Shown here piece by piece: positions 10,297 to 19,258 of a DNA stretch of 64,000 bases. The notes under the pieces are model-generated. The model saw only the letters and a list, made by a program, of their open reading frames with translations, was not told the origin of the DNA and did not search any database. This DNA comes from Sedimentisphaerales bacterium (GTDB lineage: Bacteria; Planctomycetota; Phycisphaerae; Sedimentisphaerales; SM23-30), in NCBI GenBank assembly GCA_963666285.1, contig OY762711.1; one strand, 5' to 3'. The first letter of the stretch is position 1, and each line of letters starts with the position of its first letter. The position numbers and the translations under genes were made by a program.

Positions 10297-10457
10297 GGGT
10301 ACTTCTAGAAATTGCTTTTGTTGCGAAAGTGAGGAGTTTTGTTTGCTGGCAAGAAAGATAAAATCGTGCATATTGGGCTATATTCGCGGTTTTATCTGAC
10401 GCAGACCAGCAAGCAAAAGATCCATCTTTCGCTAAAAATGAATTTTTAGAGGTACCC
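10297..10457. repeat. 161-nt imperfect palindrome (long hairpin potential)
   Basis: The arms are GGGTACTTCTAGAAATT...GCGAAAGTGAGGAGTTTTGTTTGCTGG...AGATAAAATCG and their reverse complement CGGTTTTATCT...CCAGCAAGCAAAAGATCCATCTTTCGC...AATTTTTAGAGGTACCC. Confidence 0.7.
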
Positions 10458-10575
10458 TAAATACATAAAATATATCTTTTCTTTGTTACGCCCATTGACA
10501 TACACTGGGTTGCTTCTGTATCATAAAGGACTTTCTGTTCACTAAAAACATAATAAAGCATACAGAGAACTCTAA

Positions 10576-12393
10576 ATGAGCAAAATTAAAATACATTATT
10601 CAGAGTTGCCGGTTATGAAAAAACTGCAGAAGTTTTTTTCTAAGCTCGGCTTCAAAGAAGATTCCTTACTTATTGTAATTGCACTAGTTATAGGAATATT
10701 TACTGGTATTGGATCGATTGCCTTCACTTGGCTGATCGATATTGCGCATAACTTCTGCTACGGCGGCGAAGATTTCACCGGCATATACCAGGGAAAATGG
10801 TACTTCCTCATCCTGCTGCCCGCTGTCGGAGCTTTACTCGTTGGCATTATAACCTATAATTTTGCCAGAGAAGCTCGCGGACACGGCGTCCCCGAGGTTA
10901 TGGACGCTATTGCACGTAAAAACAGCATTATTCGCGGAAGAGTAGCTATTGCCAAAGCTATTTCATCTGCTCTTACTATTGGCTCTGGTGGCTCAGCCGG
11001 TACCGAAGGACCTATTATACAAATTGGCGCTGCTCTCGGTTCCAGTATTGGCCAAAAAATCAAACTCAAAAAACACTATATGTCGATTGCTGTTGGATGC
11101 GGGGCTGCCGCAGGTATATCTGCTATTTTCCATGCACCAATTGCCGGGGTACTCTTCGCTCTAGAAGTATTCCTCAGAAACATCAAATTCAAAACTTTCT
11201 CGCCGGTCCTTATCGCTTCTGTTATGAGCTCTGTTACTGTAAGTGCCATCCTTGGCGAAAATTCCGCTATCTTCCCTGTCGTTGACTCTGCTTTCTCCTT
11301 CACCTGGCAGGAAACTTTCACTTATTTACTTCTCGGACTAGTCTGCGCCTTCCCTTCCGTTGGCTTTATAAAAATGCTTTACTTCACCGAAGACCTGTTC
11401 GAGCAAAAAATCAAAATTCACTATATCCTGAAACCAGTTGTCGGTGCAATCGCTCTTGGAGCCGTCGGCATTATCATGATCAAATTCTTCGGCGACCAAA
11501 GTCCGCACGAACCGTCGGTTTTCGGCAACAGCTATCCTATGCTCGGGCTCTTCATCGGTTCCAGCAACCATGGCGATGAAGCGATCACTCTTACTATTAT
11601 CACATTGCTCGGGCTCATATTTATGAAATCGCTCGCTACTTGCTGCACTCTCGGTTCAGGCGGTAGCGGTGGCGTCTTTGCCCCTTCCCTGTTCGTTGGC
11701 GCCTCTACCGGATACCTGTTCGGGCTGATCCTGCAAAAAACTCAGCTTATCGCAGGTGTAGCACCCGAAAACTACGCTCTCGTAGGCATGGCATCCGCGG
11801 TCGCAGCTACCACTCACGCGCCTATGGCCGCTATTATGATCGTATTTGAGATGACCAGAAATTACCAGGTTATGCTGCCGCTTATGCTCGCGGTTACTAT
11901 ATCTCTTATGATCGCACAGCTGCTGTATAAAGAATCTATCTACACCCTAAAACTCACCAGACGCGGCGTCGATTATCAGGCTCTTTCCGACAAAGCTATA
12001 CTTAGAAGCGTTTCTGTCGGAGAGGTTATGCACACCGACCTGCTCAAAATCAAATACGATACCCCGCTTATGGATGTTATCAATATGGCTATCGGCCATG
12101 ACTATGCCGACTTCATTGTAACTTCAAACGATAAATATATCGGAACCCTGAACGAACACGACCTGCGAGAAGCACTTCTCCAACCGGAAGCGGTACCGCT
12201 GCTGGTCGCTGGAGAACTCGTCCGGGAAAACGTACCGCTTATCAGTACCGAAGAATCTATGGACAGGGTACTCGACCTGTTCGCTGAACTGGGTGTCAAT
12301 TCTCTGCCGGTCGCCGAAGATGATCAGTTCATCGGCATGGTCACCAGGTCTGACCTCATGAGAAAATACCAGCAGGCACTTAATCACCGCTGA
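10576..12393 (+). CDS. ClC-family voltage-gated chloride channel/antiporter with C-terminal CBS pair
   Basis: ClC selectivity-filter motifs are present: GHGVPEV, GSGGSAGTEGP and GGVFAPSLF. There are about 10 hydrophobic segments and a soluble C-terminal region of ~140 aa of CBS-pair type. Confidence 0.85.
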   Translation: MSKIKIHYSELPVMKKLQKFFSKLGFKEDSLLIVIALVIGIFTGIGSIAFTWLIDIAHNFCYGGEDFTGIYQGKWYFLILLPAVGALLVGIITYNFAREARGHGVPEVMDAIARKNSIIRGRVAIAKAISSALTIGSGGSAGTEGPIIQIGAALGSSIGQKIKLKKHYMSIAVGCGAAAGISAIFHAPIAGVLFALEVFLRNIKFKTFSPVLIASVMSSVTVSAILGENSAIFPVVDSAFSFTWQETFTYLLLGLVCAFPSVGFIKMLYFTEDLFEQKIKIHYILKPVVGAIALGAVGIIMIKFFGDQSPHEPSVFGNSYPMLGLFIGSSNHGDEAITLTIITLLGLIFMKSLATCCTLGSGGSGGVFAPSLFVGASTGYLFGLILQKTQLIAGVAPENYALVGMASAVAATTHAPMAAIMIVFEMTRNYQVMLPLMLAVTISLMIAQLLYKESIYTLKLTRRGVDYQALSDKAILRSVSVGEVMHTDLLKIKYDTPLMDVINMAIGHDYADFIVTSNDKYIGTLNEHDLREALLQPEAVPLLVAGELVRENVPLISTEESMDRVLDLFAELGVNSLPVAEDDQFIGMVTRSDLMRKYQQALNHR

Positions 12394-12467
12394 TAACACC
12401 GAAAACCCAAATTTCATCCCATACTGCCTTTACCGACCGGCTTTCGACCAACCTGACTACCGGTAAA

Positions 12468-13451
12468 TCATACTTGCCCAACTACCAGTTCGGTAAATCG
12501 CTTGCCTATAACGCCAATATCATATTTCTCGCTTACCTTGGCCCGAGCTGCTGCACCATAAGCTGCTCGCTTTCCAACATCATCTACCAGCTCCGAGATT
12601 CTCGCCAGCCAGCTTTCATCATCGCCCGGCATAAATCCTGTCACTCCCTCTTCAACAAACTCGGCATTCAATCCCACCGCGTCCGCCACCACCGGCAAAC
12701 CTGCCGCCATATACTGCAATATCTTGAAACCGCACTTGCCGCGGGTAAACCTGTCGTCTGGCGTCGGTGCCAGCCCGATATCACCGCCGCTCAATGCCTC
12801 ATACTGACCGGACTCGCTCCATTGAACCTTCTCAACCGCCATATTATCAAGCTCAAAATAACAGTCTGCTATTATCCGCAGCACAACATTATCATATCGC
12901 CGGCCTAGCTCTTCGAAAACTGCCTTCTTCTCCTCCATAAACGGCAGCGTCGAGCTGCTCCCGATCCATACCAGCCGCACTTTTCCATCATCCAACCGCC
13001 CGGCTCCCGGCACATACCTGTCAACCTCAACCGCTGTCGGCAGCACCTCCACCCGTTTGCAATATTCTCTCCCATGACCTGCCAGATACTCATTACCGGC
13101 TATCATCACTTCCGACACGCTCGCTATCCGACCAAAACCTTTCAACCGCTTAGTGTCCACCCGCTCCGGATCGTGCGGATCATACATTATCGCATCGTCA
13201 AAATCATACACCACCGGCGGTGAATATCTCTTCAGCATAGCCGCCACTATCGGGTTCGCTATCCGCTTATGCCAAAGCAGCTGATCATATCCCTTCAGAC
13301 CGCGAAAAAACTTCAACCTCGCCAGCTCTCCGCCCGGCAATACCCGCTCAACACATTCATGCCCCCCCGCTGCCAGCTCCGGAACATAACGCTTTATACG
13401 CAAACGATAGCTCGCACTGTCAGGATCACTTGTTACTATTATTATCTTCAC
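12468..13451 (-). CDS. glycosyltransferase, GT1/GT4-like
   Basis: A C-terminal GT-B signature is present (AAGLPVVADAVGLNAEFVEEGVTGFM). I prefer the GTG start giving VKIIIVTSDP (13451) over the track's upstream ATG (13490). Confidence 0.7.
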   Translation of the reverse strand: MKIIIVTSDPDSASYRLRIKRYVPELAAGGHECVERVLPGGELARLKFFRGLKGYDQLLWHKRIANPIVAAMLKRYSPPVVYDFDDAIMYDPHDPERVDTKRLKGFGRIASVSEVMIAGNEYLAGHGREYCKRVEVLPTAVEVDRYVPGAGRLDDGKVRLVWIGSSSTLPFMEEKKAVFEELGRRYDNVVLRIIADCYFELDNMAVEKVQWSESGQYEALSGGDIGLAPTPDDRFTRGKCGFKILQYMAAGLPVVADAVGLNAEFVEEGVTGFMPGDDESWLARISELVDDVGKRAAYGAAARAKVSEKYDIGVIGKRFTELVVGQV

Positions 13452-13585
13452 CCCGACATTATAAATCAAAATCAACCAAAAGTAAATCACATCCCACCAA
13501 ATACCAAATGCAGTTCAGAACAACCACCACGCGTCAGCTTCAGACAAATTATTAACCCACATCAAACAGGCAATACCGCATACTC

Positions 13586-14587
13586 CTACTCGCTCAGCTC
13601 TTCTTCCTTCTTTCCCTTCTTATCATATTCCTTCATTACTTCTATCAGCTGACGGCCTATCTCTACCGCCTCAAATTTATCCTTTACCTTCTCACGGCCC
13701 GCCGAGCCATATTGCGAACCAATCCCCAGGTTCTCCACCATCACCGACAGACTGTTCAGCCACTGATCCTTATTCTGCGCCAGCAGCCCGGTCTCCTCAT
13801 GCACCACTACCTCGGCATTCTCACCCACCGGGCTCGCTATCACCGGCAGACCGGCAGCATACATCTGGCATACTCGGTACCCATCCACCAGCTTGGAATA
13901 CCTCCCCTCACGCATCGGCATTATCCCGATATCGCAGTCACTCAAAGCATTATACATATACGCCAGCTTATTACGCACCGGCTCTACTTCCATCTTATGC
14001 AGCTTAAAATACTTATCAGAGATCACCCGCAGCACAACTTCGCTGTATCGTTCACCTATCTCCTCCAGCACCGGCGCTATATTAATCAGATAATGCAGCG
14101 AGTCATGGTCTCCGATCCACACCAGCCGTATCTTACTGTCATAAGCGCGGTTCACCATCCGCCTGTACCGGCTCACCTCCACTCCCGTCGGCAATATCAA
14201 AGCATCCTCACAATTCTTCAGCGCCAGCGATGCCAGAAAATCATGGCTCGCCACCACCAGGTCAGAAAACTTCATCTGAACATTAAACTTATCCTCACCG
14301 CCCGCCAGCAGCTCCTTGCCTATCGACCACCCTGAAACCTCAGACACCAGCTTCTTCGCACACTTCCTCAACGCCGTCAGCTCGATAGATCCCAGCAGCA
14401 CACCGGCTAATATTACCACATCGTATTTACGCGCCTGAACATACTGCTTCAGCCGACCGGTCTTCTTATCACTCAATTCGACAAAATCTAGCTCGATATC
14501 ACTCTTCGCAAACAGGGTCTTATACCGACCTATCCGAAGGTAAAATATCTCACTATCGACATCATCTGTAAACACTAATATCCGCAT
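13586..14587 (-). CDS. glycosyltransferase, GT1/GT4-like
   Basis: N-terminus MRILVFTDD and AAGLPVIASPVGENAEVVVHEETGLL are present. It is a paralogous fold to the neighbouring glycosyltransferase. Confidence 0.7.
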   Translation of the reverse strand: MRILVFTDDVDSEIFYLRIGRYKTLFAKSDIELDFVELSDKKTGRLKQYVQARKYDVVILAGVLLGSIELTALRKCAKKLVSEVSGWSIGKELLAGGEDKFNVQMKFSDLVVASHDFLASLALKNCEDALILPTGVEVSRYRRMVNRAYDSKIRLVWIGDHDSLHYLINIAPVLEEIGERYSEVVLRVISDKYFKLHKMEVEPVRNKLAYMYNALSDCDIGIMPMREGRYSKLVDGYRVCQMYAAGLPVIASPVGENAEVVVHEETGLLAQNKDQWLNSLSVMVENLGIGSQYGSAGREKVKDKFEAVEIGRQLIEVMKEYDKKGKKEEELSE

Positions 14588-14729
14588 AACTTACATTATA
14601 CGCATACCGCCCGCCCCCGCAACTAAATTCATCCTCCACCCTCAACCTGAGTTTTCTCGCTCTGTCCCCCTCTCACTTTCACCTCTTACCTCTCACTTCT
14701 CACTTCTCTCTTTTCACTTCTCCCGCACC

Positions 14730-15081
14730 AGCTTTAAAACAAGTCGTCCTTGCCAGCGAATTATTCCTGATGTCAACGTACATCAGGACACCTTAATTTT
14801 TCATTTTTCACTATTCATTTTTCATTTAATTGCGGCCTCTGCGAGAGACAAATCTTATCAAAATCACTCTGCTTAATATCTTCCAATCTCCATCCAAACC
14901 AACATCGTTAAGGGCATAGTAGCTCAGGCATCCCTGCCTGACAATAAACCAGCCCTCGCACAAGCGACAACCTCCTTTTCTTTTTTCATTTAGCGAAGCT
15001 TGCCTTCTTCCTCCTCGCTTATCTCTCCTAACTTTTCAACCTCAATTTCACATTTTTTTTTCATCCTTCATCCTTCATCCT
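14730..15081 (-). repeat. repeat copy A, distal part (paralogue of 19780-19921)
   Basis: Read on the minus strand it begins AGGATGAAGGATGAAGGATGAAAAAAAAATGTGAAATTGAGGTTGAAAAGTTAGGAGAG, matching the + strand at 19781-19840. It shares ...CTTGTTTTAAAGCT at the far end. An A-specific insertion of ~150 nt is present. Confidence 0.8.
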
Positions 15082-15800
15082 GTCGAGTAGGCATGTCGCC
15101 TCCTTTCATTAATTTAACAAATTCTGAGTTTCATTATATTTTGTGCAAGGAAACGCATGCCCCTCACAGAACCGGACTTGAAGATTTCCCTCATCCGGCT
15201 CTTCATTAATGCTCACTTTGACGGCTACATAAGGCAAAGTAATGTGCCTTGTAGAAGTCTCCGATAGAAGACGCTGTGGAACGTTCATGGTTTCTTCCAG
15301 TTCAGTGCCTGGCCAATATCCTGTTTCGCCTTTACACATTAATGCTGACCCCTTCGAGTGCCTCAAACTTCGAAACTCAACAGGCATTACCCTGTTTACT
15401 CCTCTACTATGAGTCAGTCCGACTACCAAAATGCCATACGGCCGCGTCACGGTTTCAGCTCCTTGGCCGCTTCCTTTCGGAGCACTTCGGTTCTCCCAAG
15501 TTCCAATGCAGTCAGTTCGTTTGCCCGCTACGGACTCAGACCCCGGCTCGTCGATATATGCTCGCCGTATTTCGCATATATCGATATTGGCTTCAGGCAT
15601 ATGAAAACCCTGGCCCGGATGCGATAAGGAATAATTTCGGGGCTCAACACCTTCACTTGCGTTGTGGCTGACAAACTCCTTTCCCGGGGCTTCGTACAGT
15701 TCGTTACCTCTCTGCACGCCCGGTGCTGTAATGGGCGGGTGGCTAGCCCTTACCCATGCCGGATTGGCCGGCTTGACTACATTAGCTTCGCTTGGCGCTC
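15082..15800 (-). mobile_element. ORF-less group II intron, copy 1 (in non-coding DNA)
   Basis: The 5' end is GAGCGCC. Domain V is GAGCCGGAUGAGGGAAAUCUUCAAGUCCGGUUC (15201..15169). The domain VI helix GAGGGGCAUG/CAUGCCU-A-CUC has a bulged A 7 nt from the 3' end, and the 3' end is ...CGAC. It is absent from the paralogous site at 19776/19777. It differs from copy 2 by 2 substitutions. Confidence 0.8.
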
Positions 15801-16064
15801 TCATACCTCATCCTTCAGGTGCCGTTTCACGGCACCTGTCTGGTCTGCCCACAAATTACCAATCTCAATTTCCAGGTTAACAAACGCCTTTTAATCTTTA
15901 TTTCATACCCCCTTCCGCGCCCTCTCCGCGCTCGTTCTCAGCCCGCCGTAAGCCTCCGCGCGGCCTCCGTTGCCCGCAATTGCCCGGCGTTTAACGCCGT
16001 AAAATCGACTTTGGTACCACCAAACCCAAAATCAGCCAAAATATTTCAACTTCTTGCACACAAT
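15801..16064 (-). repeat. repeat copy A, proximal part (inverted partner of 19516-19779)
   Basis: About 264 bp are nearly identical (~4 mismatches) to the reverse complement of 19516-19779. It contains the hairpin CAGGTGCCG-TGAAA-CGGCACCTG and a GC-rich core. Confidence 0.9.
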
Positions 16065-16527
16065 CTAACCCAAACAGATTAATATATGAACCGCCTCAGG
16101 CAAGATACCAAGACACAAAAATAAACAAACCAGAAGAGATACTCACAGATAAGGAACACCCAAAATTCTCGTCAGAAAATTTCGGTTAGAAATTTGAAGT
16201 CTAAAAAACAGATGGCATAATATGGCATAATATAGAAATAGATGATGGTTAAGTAGTCGCAACCTGAGAGGAAGTATGATGGTTAAGTAGTCGCGTAATC
16301 TGGGGAAGGTATATGGAAGCAGGCTCAATATCGAGTAAATGGATAGTGGATTTGATATCAGGTAAAAGATGGTAGTAAAAGTAGTTACAGTCTCAAACTG
16401 GAAATAGAAGCAGTTGTAATATCAGGATGGATCACGGCATAGCGAAGTCTATTTAGGGCTGTTTAGAGTCAGGCATATTTGATAATATTTTACCTTAACA
16501 TATTATACAGCAATATATTAAGATCGA

Positions 16528-17880
16528 TCAGTCAGCGGATAAATCATTACTTGCGATTGGCTGCAGACCGGGCTCGGTTTTGATAAGTTCCCGGCATTGA
16601 TCCACCGCGGCATTAAGCTGGTTGTCAAGCTGCAGCAACTGGCTGCAAAGCTCTGCGGTTGTTTCATTCTCATGCTGATGCTTTTTTTCTTCTGATTTCT
16701 CGCCGTTTTCGCGGCCATGCAAAAAGTTCATAAGTTCCGCCATTTTCTGGTAGTTATCAGCGTTGAACTCAACTTTTATATCCGGTTCCACACCCCAGGT
16801 CTCGGCTCCTTCCAGCCTGTGTACGCAGTTGCCGTTGGGCAGATAATAGTAATCCGTGGTAAGTTTAACTATGCCGCGGTTGCCCGGCAGCTTAAATGTT
16901 CTCTGGACCGATCCTTTGCCCCAACTTCGCACGCCAATAACCGTGGCACGTTTGTGGTCACGCAGAGCACCGGCAACAATTTCGGAGGCTGAAGCGCTGA
17001 TCTGATCGATGAGCACTACCATATGAAATTCAGGTAAGGTATTATCAGCTTTAGCGTTATGAACCTGTTCCGGGCTATTCTCACCGCGGGTTTTCAGTAT
17101 AACACCTTGCGGTATCAGCCGGTCGATTATGCCGGTCGCCGAGTACATCAGCCCGCCCGGATTACTGCGCAAATCTAATATAAGTGCTTTCATTTCAGTA
17201 TCTAACAGCTCGGCCATGATCTTATTGAAGTCGTCAAGAGTGCTGTCAATAAACTGGCTGATACGTAGATATCCGATGCCGTTGGCTTTGTCCAGATGAT
17301 AATCCCATTCGCCGTTTTCGTCTAGCCGCCAGCCGCGTACAGAGTGCATCTGAATCTTTTCGCGTTTGATATTAAATGTCTTTAGCTCGCCGGTGCTGCC
17401 GCGGTAAATTTGCAGCTTAAGTTCTGCTCCTTCAGGACCTTCCATCTCTTTGACCGCCCTGGCAACATTCCAATCCTGGGTACTTTTATCGTCAATTTCT
17501 ACGATTACATCGCCTGATTTTATGCCGGCTTTCCTGGCAGGTGACTGCTCCAGCGGCGTGATAATGACAATGGCATCGTCTTTCTGGTCGATGCTAATGC
17601 CTATGCCGGTGAAGTTTCCGCTGGTCTGCATGTTGAACTCTTTTTCGCGAGCAGGCGGAATGTATTCCGAATATGGGTCCAGCTCGCTGAGCATGCCGTT
17701 GATAGCGTCAGTTATGATCTTGCCTTCTTCGACCTGTTTGACATACCGTTTTTCTACCAGGTCGGTAACATCGACTAGCGGATCGAAGGCGTCGGGTGTG
17801 CTGGCATTGATGATGTTAATAGCTGTAAGTCCAGCGGTAACAATAAGAAACGAGATATAGAATTTGTGGTTTTTAATCAT
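16528..17880 (-). CDS. S41 C-terminal processing peptidase (Ctp/Prc-like) with PDZ domain
   Basis: NPGGLMYSA, the SASASEIVAGAL Ser motif and WGKGSVQ Lys motif are present, with a PDZ-like GIKSGDVIVEIDD segment. There is an N-terminal membrane anchor or signal. Confidence 0.85.
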   Translation of the reverse strand: MIKNHKFYISFLIVTAGLTAINIINASTPDAFDPLVDVTDLVEKRYVKQVEEGKIITDAINGMLSELDPYSEYIPPAREKEFNMQTSGNFTGIGISIDQKDDAIVIITPLEQSPARKAGIKSGDVIVEIDDKSTQDWNVARAVKEMEGPEGAELKLQIYRGSTGELKTFNIKREKIQMHSVRGWRLDENGEWDYHLDKANGIGYLRISQFIDSTLDDFNKIMAELLDTEMKALILDLRSNPGGLMYSATGIIDRLIPQGVILKTRGENSPEQVHNAKADNTLPEFHMVVLIDQISASASEIVAGALRDHKRATVIGVRSWGKGSVQRTFKLPGNRGIVKLTTDYYYLPNGNCVHRLEGAETWGVEPDIKVEFNADNYQKMAELMNFLHGRENGEKSEEKKHQHENETTAELCSQLLQLDNQLNAAVDQCRELIKTEPGLQPIASNDLSAD

Positions 17881-18088
17881 TCTTTATGAGCTACCTGTAA
17901 GAGGTATATTTGTTATCAGTAAACGATATCCGCCGGAGGCGGCAGACAATAATCTGATATTTCTCATTTATATGTATGCAGTGTATCCAATCGCTCGAAA
18001 GGTTAATGATAATGCAATCATTTATACCACGCTCAAACGGATACTCTTAACTGTTATGGGTATATATAACTTCTTTATACTATACAGC

Positions 18089-19249
18089 TTAACCGATATC
18101 GCGTTTTCTGAACAGCATAATAGCTATAGTTAGAGCGCCTAGCGTATATGCCATGGTATAGACAGCGGTCCTGACTATATATTTACTTCTCATACTGCGT
18201 TTTTGCAGCTCTTTTTCTTGTTTTTCGGCTGAAAGTTCATGAAGTGGTTTCGGCTCATCGTAAACACCATCGGTAACAACATAAAGATTTATCGACGGTA
18301 TAACTGCCAGTCCGCCCCAGGCACAGGTTGTAGGTAAAATCTGCTTAGGCTTTTCTGTAAAATACTTTACGTAATCGCCCAACGAGACATCGACAGATAA
18401 TTTACTGTCGTCAGTGGTCGGATCAGCCTGTTTGAGGGCAGCTGTTTTTTGCTCGGTTATCTCCTTATATGGCTTCATTGCGACTGGTCCGAGCTTGTAG
18501 TGGACCATTGTGCCAAGCAGAAAAGCGACGGCACAAATTATCAGGGTAGTTACCATATTGAACCGCATGGCAGCGGTAACCGAGATTGAGCAGAACATAA
18601 TCGAGGCCAGCATAACAAGTATGACCGGACCGATGAGGTGGGCTTTGAACTGGTTGTTGGCCGGGTTGTATTTCCAGTCTCGGTCGATAAAGCATAAGAT
18701 CAATATTGACAAGGAGTAAAGGATAGTCGAAAGAAATACCGTCGAGCTGCCAAACCGCCATTTATAGAAATAGTTGCCAAGCGCAGCCAGGGCAATGGCA
18801 ATAAACGAGGAGGCGAAGCTGAAGGTTATAACTGTATAGTCCGGCTCGTCAGAGGCTGACTCGAGCACGCCATGGCGGACAGTCATAAAGTATACCAGGA
18901 TAAGGAGATATTGTGCCAGCAGCACGGCACCGGTTACGCCGAGGAATTTGCCGAGTACGAATGCCGGTCGACTGACGGTCTTGGAGATAACGGTGAGCGC
19001 TGTCTTTCGGTCGATTTCGTCGGTAACGACGGTAGAGGCAGAGAAAACGGCGATGAACAGCCCGGCGACCAGCAGGTTAGATAAACCTATATCCCACATG
19101 AGTTTATTGTCTTCACGGATAGTGAACATTACCAGTGAAGGCGTGAACAGGAAAATGATCTGGGTTGCCAGGATGATAACGATATATATCGGCTGCCGCA
19201 GAGCTTCTGTAAATGTATTTTTACAAACGACTAATGTGTTTTTGATCAT
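18089..19249 (-). CDS. ABC-2/NosY-like multi-pass membrane permease
   Basis: The N-terminus FTEALRQPIYIVIIL...DEIDRKTALTVISKTVSRPAFVLGKFLG is typical of ABC-2 type permeases. There are at least 6 hydrophobic segments. No ATPase partner is in the window. Confidence 0.55.
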   Translation of the reverse strand: MIKNTLVVCKNTFTEALRQPIYIVIILATQIIFLFTPSLVMFTIREDNKLMWDIGLSNLLVAGLFIAVFSASTVVTDEIDRKTALTVISKTVSRPAFVLGKFLGVTGAVLLAQYLLILVYFMTVRHGVLESASDEPDYTVITFSFASSFIAIALAALGNYFYKWRFGSSTVFLSTILYSLSILILCFIDRDWKYNPANNQFKAHLIGPVILVMLASIMFCSISVTAAMRFNMVTTLIICAVAFLLGTMVHYKLGPVAMKPYKEITEQKTAALKQADPTTDDSKLSVDVSLGDYVKYFTEKPKQILPTTCAWGGLAVIPSINLYVVTDGVYDEPKPLHELSAEKQEKELQKRSMRSKYIVRTAVYTMAYTLGALTIAIMLFRKRDIG

Positions 19250-19258
19250 TGTTTATCA

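Noticed and set aside
10159-10371. 70-aa AT-rich ORF upstream of the ClC gene
   Set aside because: It overlaps one arm of the 161-nt palindrome, is extremely AT-rich and low-complexity, and has no ribosome-binding context.
10400-10575. Fluoride riboswitch upstream of the ClC gene
   Set aside because: The crcB-motif signature strings were not found. This ClC is a long CBS-domain type rather than the short ClC-F type usually controlled by fluoride riboswitches.
15109-15804. 231-aa ORFs (15109-15804 and 22262-22957) as genuine protein-coding genes
   Set aside because: Their sequence is the translation of a structured group II intron RNA; for example, EPDEGNLQVRF is domain V. They have no recognisable fold or motif. 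The opposite strand also gives 89-131-aa ORFs, and the two copies are near-identical, so they provide no independent evidence. The unusual openness of the frame is kept as a finding about translation through the intron, not as a protein call.
15792-16082. ORFs 15792-16082, 19501-19761, 19700-19945 and 15000-15209
   Set aside because: They are translations of the inverted repeat and heptamer arrays. The same 'protein' appears on opposite strands because the DNA is repeated, and there is no start context or coding periodicity.
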